Part shown: piece after piece, positions 35,399 to 47,188 of the stretch
Numbering within the stretch: position 1 is the first letter of the stretch
Layout of the letters: each line of letters opens with the position of its first letter
Assembly: GCA_046563655.1 (NCBI GenBank)
Contig: CM102283.1
Span: 248,001-312,000, forward strand
Length of the DNA: 64,000 nt
Reading direction: 5' to 3'
DNA from: Yuukianura sp. NJ FZ-2021
Lineage: Eukaryota
Notes under the pieces: model-generated
Database searches by the model: none
What the model was told of the DNA's origin: nothing
The model's input: the letters and a program-made list of their open reading frames with translations, nothing else
Position numbers and translations under genes: made by a program

Positions 35399-37171
35399 TT
35401 TCTTCTTAAGTTTCTCCCTTCTTTTGACATTCATTTTATGAGTCAAAGGATTTCTCTTTTCTGGACGTTGTTCAAAATAGATTTGCCGGTTTTGTTTTCT
35501 ATTCAGAGTATTCCTTGCGTCCGGTTCTTGGTTGAATTTAGGACAATCGTGTCTGTTGTGCCCGTTTGAAAAACAAAGATAACAAACAAGTGAATCTTTG
35601 TAACTTGGCTTTTGAATTGATGCAGGAACTGTCACCACTTGTCTCTCGTTTTGTTGGATGCTGATCTGCAACTCGTCAGTTAGATCTTCCATATCCTCGT
35701 CAGCATGAATCTGCAGATATTCTGTCAATGATGGAAGCTGTACAGTAAACGTTGGTTGGATGTCGGTTATTACGTCTTGTTGTGCCGGTTTAGTTTGAAT
35801 TAAAGTGACGTTTCGACTGCTTGTCACTTTCGTTGGTTTGTCCGCACTTTGAGTGTTGTTGACACTTTTAGCAGAAGACGGCAATGACTTTGACCTCTTG
35901 TCATCTTCTTTAGCAGCGATGTTTCGAGTAGTGGTCACTTCCATTGGTCTCTCAACAATTTCAGTAGTTTTGTTACTTCTAGTAGACGTTGGTACTAATT
36001 TAGACTGCATGTCATCTTTCTTGTTACTTGCATTGGAATCCTTCTGTGAGCCAAAGAAGTAGTTGACTTTTTGTTTAAGTACATCGTAGTTGTACTTGTC
36101 ATACTTTCTAGTAATTTTCACCAGATCGTCAGCTCGTTCCCATGCCATTGAATTTTTTCGCAGAAAATCTTGAATTCCTGCTTGATTGTGGGATCTTGTG
36201 GTACGAATGGGGCAGTTGTTTGCCAATTCAAGTAAAGTTGTATCTGACATGATAAATTTCGGTTCCACATTTTTCCTTTTGGCCAATTCTTGTCTCCATT
36301 TGTACAAGTCATCAAACAAACTGCTTTGACTGACAATTGTTTCACGAACTTTGACGACTGTGTAAATCTCCTTATTATAGTTTGCAGTATATCCTTTTTC
36401 GAATGTTTTCTTGTTTCTTGCAATCAAAACCCTGTCTCCCTCATAGAATTTTGAAGGTGTATATAACACAATTCGTTCTGGATATAGCGTATTGTACACT
36501 TTTGCTTCGTTTGCTTTTGTGACTTCGTTTGGCTTCATTTTTATGCTGCGATGATACGAATTGTTGTATAAATTTTCAAAATCATGAAGTTTATTTACAA
36601 ATCGCTTGGTGTTATTGTGTGTCATGTAGCGTTGAATTTTTTCAAACAATGTACGAATGAATCTCTCGATGACAACACTTTTCAGAGGCGAATAACTCCA
36701 AAACAGTTTGATTCCTAACCCGCTTATGTATTTTTCCATCGTTTTGTTTAAGAACTCTCCGCCCTTATCAACATTTATTCGTTTTGGTATGGCACCGCTT
36801 CGTTGAAGAATTTTCTTTAAAGCGTTTGTTACAGTCATAGCAGTCTTATTTGGTATAGCTTCAATCCATGCTTGCTTGGAAAAAGCGTCAATGATGACGA
36901 GGAGGTACTTTTTTTTGAAGTTGTAATTTGCAAATTTTCTAATATCCTTCAGATCCATTGCGTATTGTTCATGTATTTCGTTGGAGTAGACCCTACGGCT
37001 CAAAAATCGCCGTGTCACAGGGTAATGCAAGGTGTAGGCGGGCACTGACTTTAAACGCTACTGTGCAATTTTCCGTCTCGCTTTACCCCCCTTGGGCAAA
37101 AAGTGTGACAGTCCGCTAAAGCTGCCAGAGTTCTCCAAATTCCTCCAACGCTCTGTCACCTTCCTTTCCAT
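35174..37171 (-). CDS. Integrase-HRDC-CCHC chimeric ORF, copy B
   Basis: 623-codon ORF differing from copy A by one residue (R/G near the C-terminus), with the same upstream TAG. Confidence 0.8.
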
Positions 37172-37234
37172 GATCAAGAGTGATAAAAGCTGACAGCGCA
37201 AAGCAATATTTAATCAGTCAGAAAGCAGTCAGAC

Positions 37235-37890
37235 ATGGAATTCGACTATCGTCTTCGACGTCCATTTGTGATGACGTGTGCAGGACCTACTCAGGCTGGA
37301 AAATCAACGCTAATTGAGGAACTGATAAGAAGAAAAGATGAACTAATATTCCCAAGGATTGAGAAAGTTATATTCTGTTACAATGAGGATGAACCTGCTT
37401 TTGCAGACGGTTTAAAAAAGCAGCTCGGAGACTCACGCATACATTTCCAAAAAGGAATTGTACTAGATGTTGAGGAAGGAAACAAGACTCCCACTTTAGT
37501 AGTTCTAGATGACTTTATGGAAGAAGCATCCACATCCAAGGACGTTTGCAGCATGGTAACACGAGGTTCCAGCCACGGCAATTTCAGTGTTATTTTGACG
37601 CTGCAAAACTTCTTTACAAAAACTGTCGTACTTTGACTCTAAACAGCAAGTACATTGCACTATTTCGAAATCCCAGAGACACAAGCATCATCAATTATCT
37701 TAGCCGTCAAATGAATGGAGGCAAGGATCATCCAATATTAGCAGCGGCATATGAAGATGCTACCAAAAACAAGCCAAATAGCTATCTATTTTTAGACATG
37801 TCCCAACAACAAAATGATGAACACAGAATACGCTCTGAAATATTTCCAGATTCAACTTGTATTGTTTATTTACATCGGAAAAATTATTGA
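37235..37890 (+). pseudogene. Packaging ATPase copy B, frameshifted
   Basis: 1-nt deletion in a T run near 37613. Confidence 0.88.
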
Positions 37891-38249
37891 ACGTGTTTCT
37901 TAAGTTCTAACATTGCTTGTAATAAACAATTAAACAATTCCAATTTCATGCTGACTCCAATGATTCCTTCGACCGGATTCCTGATGTTAATGTGGGTGGC
38001 GGCTGGGGACGCTATACCAACCTCGTCTCCAAGATATACCATCCAGCCATCGTCCAAATGTACTTGGGGGGCTGGGTATGGCTTTGAAGCAGAGGTTTTA
38101 ATTTCAACTAGAGTAGGGATGATTACGGTTCCCTTGATGGCAGATTTGACGTTCCGCTTCTTTAATCGCTTCAGTCTTGGCGGATTTGGTGCTTTGACGT
38201 GCTGAACTTCGTATTCAAAGGTTGGTGATGGAGAACGAGACTTTTCCAT
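37884..38249 (-). CDS. Hypothetical Polinton protein, copy B
   Basis: Matches 9044..9409. Confidence 0.5.
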   Translation of the reverse strand: MEKSRSPSPTFEYEVQHVKAPNPPRLKRLKKRNVKSAIKGTVIIPTLVEIKTSASKPYPAPQVHLDDGWMVYLGDEVGIASPAATHINIRNPVEGIIGVSMKLELFNCLLQAMLELKKHVQ

Positions 38250-38481
38250 TTTATTAACACCACAATTCAGAGAACACGACTTGCAAATGTTGATTGTTGT
38301 AGAGGATTTTTTGTGTGAAAAGAAGTCGGAAAAATCTTGTAATCGCAGAGCAAGTACAGCTCATGACCAACACGAGTGACGAACTAACGAAAAATTTCAA
38401 TTTCTGACTATTGAAATACCTTATTTTCACCATCAATGTTAGTCATGACGTCAGTCAAGCTTTGTCACGTGAGGAGTCACA

Positions 38482-38811
38482 ATGTCTGAGAAGATTAAGT
38501 CCAACAAACGTTTTTTAAAATACATTTCCAGTTGTACACCGGCTCAGCGAGAAGCGTTATTACGTCATGCCACCCCAGACGAGATAAAGAGTCTTTGTGA
38601 GTGCGTCATGAATGCGTACCGCAAAAACGTTTCCCTAACACCATCTGTCGTTGCTAAACTCAAACCGTTCCGTGGCACAATAACGAAAATTGCAATGTAT
38701 CCAAAGCAATCAATTCGGAAACAAAGATTGCTTTTAAGTCAGCGAGGTGGCGCATTTTTACCTATTCTTCTCTCAGCTCTCTTACCGACAGTACTGTCTC
38801 TTTTCAAATAA
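38482..38811 (+). CDS. Small conserved Polinton protein with QRGG motif and hydrophobic C-terminal helix
   Basis: SLCECVMN...LSQRGGAFLPILLSALLPTVLSLFK, a pattern typical of Polinton/adintovirus small virion proteins. Confidence 0.7.
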   Translation: MSEKIKSNKRFLKYISSCTPAQREALLRHATPDEIKSLCECVMNAYRKNVSLTPSVVAKLKPFRGTITKIAMYPKQSIRKQRLLLSQRGGAFLPILLSALLPTVLSLFK

Positions 38812-39605
38812 TGATGCGTCGAATGCGTCTAGTTCCGGAAAAGGAGGCGTTAGAATGTCAAAAGGCATTAGAAAGTCAAAAGAATCCAACAAAGCACAAT
38901 TCAAAAAAGTCATCGTCAACGACTTTTGAGAAAAGGAAACATACTAGAAAACCAGTCAAAAAATCAAACCGTCAAACCGTTCTCTCTAAACCACCAAAAG
39001 AAGTGAAAAATATGATTTATCAAGACAAGATGCGCAGAACAATTGCCCGACAGTAAATTGCAGCTCAAAAACCGCTTTTGGTTAAAAACGTTTCCAAAGA
39101 AACTCTTGTGACGCAACCAATTTTTATGAAAGCAACTTCGCCGGAAGGTTATCAAGACTTGAATAGTTTTAGCGTTGTTTCTGCTCCATACATTCTCAAA
39201 ATGGTACCTAACAAAGAAACGAAACGATTTCTTCATGCAATCTTGGCCTCTGGAATACGTTACAATGAGGATTTTGAGATAATAATTGACGGAATAAGGT
39301 TTCCAAATTCTCACATTGTCAACGTTTTAAACCACATTCTCCGAAAAGAGGAACGAGAAAAATATGTCCCACCCTTTGCATATGGCGAAGTAATGAGTCA
39401 GTTGAGGGAAAGTGGTGTGGTGCCAGAAGATCTAGAGCACTATTTGGAACCAGAGACACCGACAACATCGCCAGAATATGACACCCCGGAGGTGCCAGAG
39501 GAGACTCCATGGCATGATCACGTGCAAGAACGACGTGGAAAAGGTGTCCGGAGACGTTTATCGCAAACATGGGAGCAAATTGAGAATGCTGGAGCCTACA
39601 GTTAG
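38811..39605 (+). pseudogene. Polinton hypothetical protein (in-frame TAA at 39054-39056); mostly deleted in copy A
   Basis: ORFs 38811..39056 and 39078..39605 share one frame. IRYNEDFEIIIDGIRFPNSHIVNVLNH motif. Confidence 0.55.
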
Positions 39606-39835
39606 GGAGGGGAAGGCCAGGCCCTCCCCCCGGGCTACTTTGGAGAATTCAGCGGGCCATGTTTAGATTAACCCACGGACAATAGAATTCCGATACAAGG
39701 GTTAAATTTCCAAGCATTCCTACGTGCAATTGAGGGAATTCGGCGAAACCACTGTGAAAAATACCCACGCGCCATGTTTGCTATTTAATTGGTTGTTTTG
39801 TGTTTAATCGAACTAGTTACTTGCTAGACTTTACA

Positions 39836-40597
39836 ATGTCGAAATCATTTTATGTAACACTTCAGTCAAACGCTTCGGCAAACTTTTTTAACAATAAAAT
39901 TTGTGATTTCAAAAATCGACTTGGTACGGCAATTTCATTACCTCCAGGGCAATGGGAGTTTGCGCTAACGGATATCAGCTATACTGCGGGAATATCTTAC
40001 ATTAGTAAAGGTGAGTTGTTGTTTGTGAAATATCCCAACTCAAATTCTGTGCGAACGAGTGAAATTACAGCCAAACAGACTGCGGCTTCACTAAATGAAG
40101 TTGAACAAGTTCTTTCCTCAGCGTTGCCAAACTCAACTTGGCAAATTACAAGAACTGGAGTCAGCTACTCGCTTACACTTGAGGCACCACAAGAAAAGGT
40201 TGAAACGACAGAAAAGATTAAGGATTTGCTGGGATTACGTACTACCGACTTGACGTGTCCAAAAAACACGTTTAAAGAGTTAAAAACAAAGTGTACTGGA
40301 CGTAACGTTTTTCCAATATTTCTATTAGCTGGAAATACGAAATTGTTTGTGTATTGCAATCTCGCACGTCCACAGTTTATTGGCGATACAATGGCGCCAT
40401 GCTTACGGGTTCTGACATATAGCGGCGAAAACCGAGAGCAAAGACATCACGAATTTATTAATCCTCAATATGTGGATTTGGCTGTTTCTGAATTTGACAT
40501 CATCCACATGTATATATTAAACGAGATGGGCGAAGTTGCGCCATTACAATTTGGGAACGTGACTGCTACACTACGATTTCGAGAAAAGAAAATATGA
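39836..40597 (+). CDS. Minor capsid (penton-like) protein, copy B
   Basis: Intact, matches 11321..12082. Confidence 0.85.
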   Translation: MSKSFYVTLQSNASANFFNNKICDFKNRLGTAISLPPGQWEFALTDISYTAGISYISKGELLFVKYPNSNSVRTSEITAKQTAASLNEVEQVLSSALPNSTWQITRTGVSYSLTLEAPQEKVETTEKIKDLLGLRTTDLTCPKNTFKELKTKCTGRNVFPIFLLAGNTKLFVYCNLARPQFIGDTMAPCLRVLTYSGENREQRHHEFINPQYVDLAVSEFDIIHMYILNEMGEVAPLQFGNVTATLRFREKKI

Positions 40598-40977
40598 GGG
40601 CAAACTATCAATACGGAGGATTTCAAGATGGCCGCCTTTTCTTCTCAGGCGTTCGCCGTCAGCGAGGGGCTGGCCTGGCAGGCATATTTGGAGCTGTGGC
40701 AAGATACCTTTTGCCATTCTTGAAGAAATTTGTATTACCACATGCGGCAACAGCGGTGACGTCAGTTGCTACGGATATGGTAGCTAAAAAGCAACCGCTT
40801 ACGTCATCAATCAAGGAACATGGAAAGCAAGCATTAAAGAGGGTTGGATCGGCTATTCTCAATCAGTCCGTTTCTGGAAAGCGAACGAAACGCAGCGCCA
40901 TCCAAGTGCCATTGCTCAAACCAAAACGAAAAATTCCAGTCAAATTCTCGCCTAAAAAAGGACGTTACTTATTTTAA
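40594..40977 (+). CDS. Basic core/membrane-active virion protein (QYGG, QRGAG motifs)
   Basis: FSGVRRQRGAGLAGIFGAVARYLLPFLKK amphipathic segment and K/R-rich tail. Lies between penton and MCP. Confidence 0.7.
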   Translation: MRANYQYGGFQDGRLFFSGVRRQRGAGLAGIFGAVARYLLPFLKKFVLPHAATAVTSVATDMVAKKQPLTSSIKEHGKQALKRVGSAILNQSVSGKRTKRSAIQVPLLKPKRKIPVKFSPKKGRYLF

Positions 40978-40981
40978 AAAG

Positions 40982-42283
40982 ATGGCTGTTCCCTACACAT
41001 TAATCCGCTCTGAAACGCAACTGTTTGATGAGCCACAATATGACGTCAGCTTAGCATCCACTCATTGCTCAGAGCACTACCCCATTACGTCAATTTCTGA
41101 TCAAAACTCACCGATTGAGTTCTTTTTGCAAAGCAACGACTCCCAATGGATTGATTTGGCAGAAACTAAGTTGTACATCAAAGCCAAGGTTGTAAAACCG
41201 GATGGAACAAATTTTGCTGCAACCGATTCGATTACTACAGTCAACAACACCCTACACTCCATGTTCAATCAAGTGTCGATTTGGTTGAATGAACTTTTGA
41301 TAACCCCAGCGTCAAATCAATATGCCTATCGAGCATATTTGGATACTCTTTTGAGTTACAACAAGGAATTCAAGAAATCGCATACTCAGTGTGCTTTGTA
41401 TTTTCGCGAAACTGACCCTGCAAACACTGATTCTAAAAAGGAGGATGGTTACAAGAGCAGATTCGAACTAACAAATACTTCCAAAGTATTTGAAATGATT
41501 GGTCGTCCATTTTGTGACATTTTTCTGCAAAACAAATATTTAATTCCGGGGGTTGACATGCGCATTAGTTTTGCTCGGTCAAGCCCAGAGTTTTGTCTCT
41601 TTGCTCCAGCTGATACGAAAGCTAAAGTTGTTGTAACAGAAGCTCGACTCTTGGTGAAAAGACACACTTTGCTACCAGATTTGTTGACTGCCACGATTCA
41701 AAACATGGATAAGGGTCGTCATGCAACATATCCACTGAAGCGCGTCGAAATTAAATCGTACTCATTGTCACAAGGAAGTGTCGGCGACGTTAACGATTCG
41801 CTGCTGACTGGCTTGTTACCTGACAGAATCCTTGTCGTGATGGTGAGCTCCAAGGCATTCAACGGAGACGTCACGAAGAACCCTCTAGAATTTTAAGCTT
41901 TCAACTTATCAAGAGTCGAGGTTACAGTCAACGATGACATGACGTCATACCTCCCCTTACAGGTTGACATTAGTGGCGGCACCTACATTCAACTTTACAA
42001 TAACCTTTTTGAGGGGTTGGGAATTTCAAACGATGACGTCGGCTTGGATATAACCAGGGAGTCTTTTAAAAAACACCCACTAATGCTTTACAACCTCCGC
42101 CACATTCGTGACGGATTTGCATTGCCCACTTACGGTAACGTGAAAATTGACCTCAAGTTCAAGGAAGCCTTGACGGAAGCTGTAACTGTTCTTGTGTACG
42201 CGGAATATCAGTCTGTCTTCCACATTGACAAGAGCAAAAACGTCTACTTTAAGGATTTTTCAAACCACAACGCTATTCAATGA
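40982..42283 (+). pseudogene. Major capsid protein copy B with nonsense mutation
   Basis: CAA>TAA at 41894-41896. Confidence 0.9.
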
Positions 42284-42609
42284 ACACCGAAGAAATTTAT
42301 GGATATCTCGACTGTTTTCTTAGAAAACAGCAATGTACTTACAGCGTTATTCCAAGCGACTATCTTTCAAGGTTTAAAATGTCCTCCTACCCTTTGTGTT
42401 TAATCGTAAACTCAATTTACAGCAACCATCCTGGATTACATTGGCTAGCGCTCTACAAGCAATCAGAGGACTCTCCTTTAATTTTTATGGATTCTTAAGG
42501 GGGTCAAATGGATGATTATGGAACCTACTTTTCCGAATTTGCAAAAGGATTTCAAGTTATTCAAGGACATCGACGACTTCAAAGCTATGAGAGCAACGTT
42601 TGCGGACAC
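42280..42609 (+). pseudogene. Adenain-type protease copy B
   Basis: Stop at 42496-42498 and the same truncation at CGH. Confidence 0.85.
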
Positions 42610-43713
42610 AGTCACAGAAATTCGCAACTTAAGGTTTATAGGTCGTAAATTGCCACATTAAGTTACATTTTTTGTACCGCGAGGTACTAAACTGCAAAAA
42701 AAAAAAAACATAATAAATCCGGAAGACTAAACTAAATTGGTGACAAAAAGGAAAACATTCTAAAAACAAACAAAATGTGAAGGCCGTTAGGCATCAATTT
42801 ACTTTATTCTTTTTCTAAACCTGTAAGGCAGCGATTATAAAACAATGTAATAAAAATTGATTGGGAAATGACTTCTAAAACTTTAGTTAAGTGCTAATGT
42901 GTGCAAGGAGGGATAGAAGAAGGCTAATCGTGATTCCTGTTCATCCGTGAAGTTAACTAACATGAGACAAACGAGTTAACGCGTGGTGGAGAGCCGTTGT
43001 ACACAAAAAGAAAATAACAAAATGTTTATTAACTTCTAGGCTCCGTCGATTTTTAATTAAGATGTGAGTGTGATTCTTCCAATTCAATGCCACTAGGTAT
43101 TGCCAAATCTCCTTTTGGCAACTCGAATTCAACTTTACCTATAAAATGTTTCGCAGCATAAACTTTTGTTCAAGATGATATTTGAGATACTGTGGTACTT
43201 TTCAAGGTTCTCAGCTCAAAAGTGACACAGATTCTACATTCCTATCGACATATTGATACACTAAATTGTTATGCGTAACTTAGCCCGAGGCGTAAAATGC
43301 TAAAGCTGTTTTTGTAAAATGTAAGGGTCAACAAGTTCAACGGGCCACTTCGAATAAGTGCCCTACCCTGATGACCGCTTTTTGACGGGGCGTGGTCACT
43401 TGGCGCTGAAAGGCCAATTGTATTTGTAGGTATTGAAAGTTTGACCCTTAAGGGGTCCGTAGATTGTAGAGTTGACCCCTGGTCAACTCCACAAATGATT
43501 TGGAAAAAAGGACTGATCGCGAGTAGGACTGGAAACAGACTGATCTTTATTCTCTGAATAAAGATCTGAATCAAAAATAAGAAATCAAAACTAAAAGCTA
43601 AACTGTGCTGTGCGGTGTGGTCTGTCCTCCTCGTGGCTCTCTCCTCTCCTCCTCCTCCTGCTCGGACGGTGGCGAATACTGCGCCGCCACATTCGCCACG
43701 ACGAGAGCCCCCT

Positions 43714-46700
43714 CTACTGGCGAAGCGCCGTCTTGCGTCTGTGTCGGTTACGCTGGTGGGAAAGCCGTCTACGTCGATTCTCTTGCTGTCGTCTTTGGAG
43801 GGTGGAATTGATGAATGCCTTCCTGGCAGTCGGGTTCGGACAAGTACTGTGCTCGTGTGAAGTGTCGTGACAAAGGTAGCATCTTCTGGTGCTGATTGGT
43901 GCATCGGGAAGTGGAATTTCTGGAAATATGTCCGGATCATCATCATAGTTCACATGGATTTCAATGTCTGGTTCTGTAGTTTGCATGTCAACATCAGGAG
44001 CTTGAATAGGCGATATGATTTGTGGTTCTGGTACAATCTGGTGTAAATTGGGAGTTGGTTCATCAGCTTCAGATTCCGTTTCTGGTTCTGGTTCAGGAGT
44101 TCGTTTCTGGTTCACGACCACGATTTTACTTCTGATTTGGACATTCAAGTCAGACCAACTATCTTCGCTATCGTCGTCGGTGCTGACGTATGATGGTGCT
44201 CTGGTTAGTGGTGCTGGAATGTTGGCGATTACATGGTAAACTTGAGCGATGGCGTCACAGATTTGATTTTGAATTTCAAGTGAACATTTGTAAATCTAAA
44301 CTACGTCTTTTGGACATGAAGGAGCCACTATGGCTAAAGTTCTCATTTGATCGAATGTCATAACCCAATGTACTTGTTTGTCTAGAATTTTTGCCTGATT
44401 AAGTGCCCATTGGTACAATTTGCTAAAAATACACTTCTGAATTTGATTGAGTGCTTGTGCTTGCTTGCCTAAAACAATTTCTACCGTTGTTTTGTCACAC
44501 GCACGGTACATTTTTAAAGATTTCTCCATAGATACTAGGAAAATTGGTAATTTTGCTTCTAACTTTGTGAGAGCACAAAAACAGAGCGTCAGTTGAAAGT
44601 GAGCCGTGGACGGCATACGCCATCTAGTGAGATTTTGAGTGAAACCTCTGCAAAGATTTCACTCAAAATTCAAACCAAAACTGTTCCCGCCGCAACCCCA
44701 GTACTTTTCCAAGCAAAACAGATAGACAAAACTTAAAACTAATTATTCAACTAATTAACGTTAAACTATAAAAACTAAACCTATTTTACAATTAACTAAA
44801 GAAATTAACTAAACTAATTCTAAAGTCTTATCCTACTTAACTAAATCCTAACTACGTTTAGAAAAGGGGTTTGTGTCGATGGTCGACTGTGCCTTTTGTA
44901 TGGAAAAGAATAGCCTCAGCTGCTTTTCCATACAAAAGGATCTTGCCATTTTCCAAGTAAAGTACGGGGAACCTCTGGAGGACTACACTACGACACAGGT
45001 ACGGTAGACGTGGTGAGATAACTCGCCTGCTACCACAGGTGGTTCGGATCTCTCTTGGTTTTCCGGAGATTCTTGTAGGGCACGGCGGTAGGCTACGACA
45101 TAGAGTTTTTCTTCGTTTCGTTTTCATCGATTTTTCTCACTTTGATTTAAAGTTAAAATCTTCACGAGTAAGAGTTTTCCTCGATTAATTTCAATTTCAA
45201 ATTAGAGTTTTTCACGCGTCTGAGTTTTTCCAATTAACTTTCAATTGTTAAATTCGATTTTTATCGCCTTCGCGCTTGTTTAATTCGATTTTCTCACACT
45301 GCGTTTTATTTAATTCGTTTAAAACTGGTTTAAAGTCAATTAACTTTCGATTAATCACAGTAACTTGCGCTCAACTTGTTTTGTTCAGTTTTTCCATCAA
45401 TTTAAAGTCGATTAATAACGCTGCGCGTTATTTTCTTCATTTGATTCTTTTGGTTTTTCTTCGATTAATTACAACTCATTGGTTTTTATTCGGTTTAAAT
45501 CAGCTACGTTTCACTCTAATTACCGGTATCACTTGGGGAAATTGCTCTCACGTACTCCGTTAAGGCAGAAGGTTGGGTTTTGGTTTTATTCAGAGTATTA
45601 ATCAACGGTCTACCAAATCTACGTGTTTTATTTCATTTTCTTTCACTGATTTTTCTCGGACTCGAACGTTAACGTATTGATTAATTGGAGTTTTGATCGA
45701 GTAATTGAGTCGAGAGTTGGAAGTTGACATTTGCCAGCCGGGGGTCAACTGAGGTCAAGGACATTGGGTCAATTTGGAAGGAGGTCACTGCACTGCACAA
45801 ATTCTCAGGTCATCAGCCTATCTGTCAACTAGGAGTCCTTCTATCGGCCCTTAGAAGCGAAGAAACCCGCTTTTAAGGTGAAACTGTCTGAGGCCCGTTA
45901 ATTAAGCGTAAGGGTAGCGATCGGAAAGGGCGGGTTATCAAATTAGAGCCGGATTTGTAGCCCTTAATTGGCTACTGGAAAATCGTATCCTTACAACTTA
46001 CAAAATACACTTCTGAATTTGATTGAGTGCTTGTGCTTGCTTGCCTAAAACAATTTCTACCGTTGTTTTGTCACACGCACGGTACATTTTTAAAGATTTC
46101 TCCATAGATACTAGGAAAATTGGTAATTTTGCTTCTAACTTATGTACAAAGTCTAGTTGAAGGTCGCTGCCACTCGCTGCGTCCTTCCTTTCTTAACACA
46201 TTGATTCCAGATTAATATCAAACTATAACTATCATACCAAGCATATCTGAACAAATCCTGTGGTAAACGACTGAGCTTATCTCTCACTGTCCAATCTGCT
46301 GCTTGAGCATCCTTTGACACCTCTACATCAAGTAAATATTTACACATCGTGGAAAGTGAAGTAGCTTCAAATCTAGCGTCTACACCGAAAAATAACATAT
46401 GATACAATTCTTGTAAGTCTATTATAGGGAAAATGAATATGTCAAAGTCACGCTGCGTCTCATGAGTTAATCATTGTCGCTGCCAACTAGAATTTTGCCA
46501 ATATTCGTACAACAAAAGATTTTTGGGAGATTCTCCTTAAGCCAATTACAAATCGGGAGAACATCTATCACAAAATCATGATCCTCTTCTGAAATTTGAA
46601 TAATAGTAATGAAATCTTTGTAACACTTAGTCTGATGAAACTCCACATCTACAAAAAGTAACTGTTTCTGAAGTAAAAACTCTAACATCTGATCTGCATG

Positions 46701-46967
46701 ATAACTAGTCTTAATCCAGTGATGAGTTCTAAAATCTGGTACTTCTAATTCTCTAAATAATGACAAATCTGGGTTCCAATTACGAATTTGATTCTCAAAG
46801 GGGTGAACTCTTGGAATTTTAGGCTCTATAGCAAAATTTACATTCTGTCTCATCTTTAAGAATTCGGGATACAAATCTTACGGTCTAGCTTCTACGGACT
46901 TCCATTTCAATTTAGCTTCTTTCTGTGCTAGTTTCCATTTCTGAGCCTGTCTCTGCTTGCTATTCAT
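43714..46967 (-). pseudogene. Rrp6/EXOSC10-like ORF copy B, split by a solo LTR
   Basis: Pieces 46467..46967, 46153..46407, 44296..44565 and 43714..44148 match copy A. Confidence 0.85.
44566..45995. mobile_element. Solo LTR-like insertion (1430 bp) with 4-bp TSD
   Basis: TGTGAG...CTTACA termini, ACTT on both sides, absent from copy A. Confidence 0.75.
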
Positions 46968-47188
46968 TTTGAGGGTACAGTCGCTGCCTGAATCGCTGCG
47001 TCTGTACTGTAAATAACCAAAAATACTAAAATTAGTCTAAATCAGAATCTTAACTACTTTCAACCTAGCCTAAGTTATTTTCAACTTAACCTAGTAATTT
47101 CAATTTAACCTAAAATGATTTCCTTAACCTAAGGCGCCAACTAACTAAATTCTTAATCTAGCTTAACTAAGAGCTCTTCTAACCTAAC

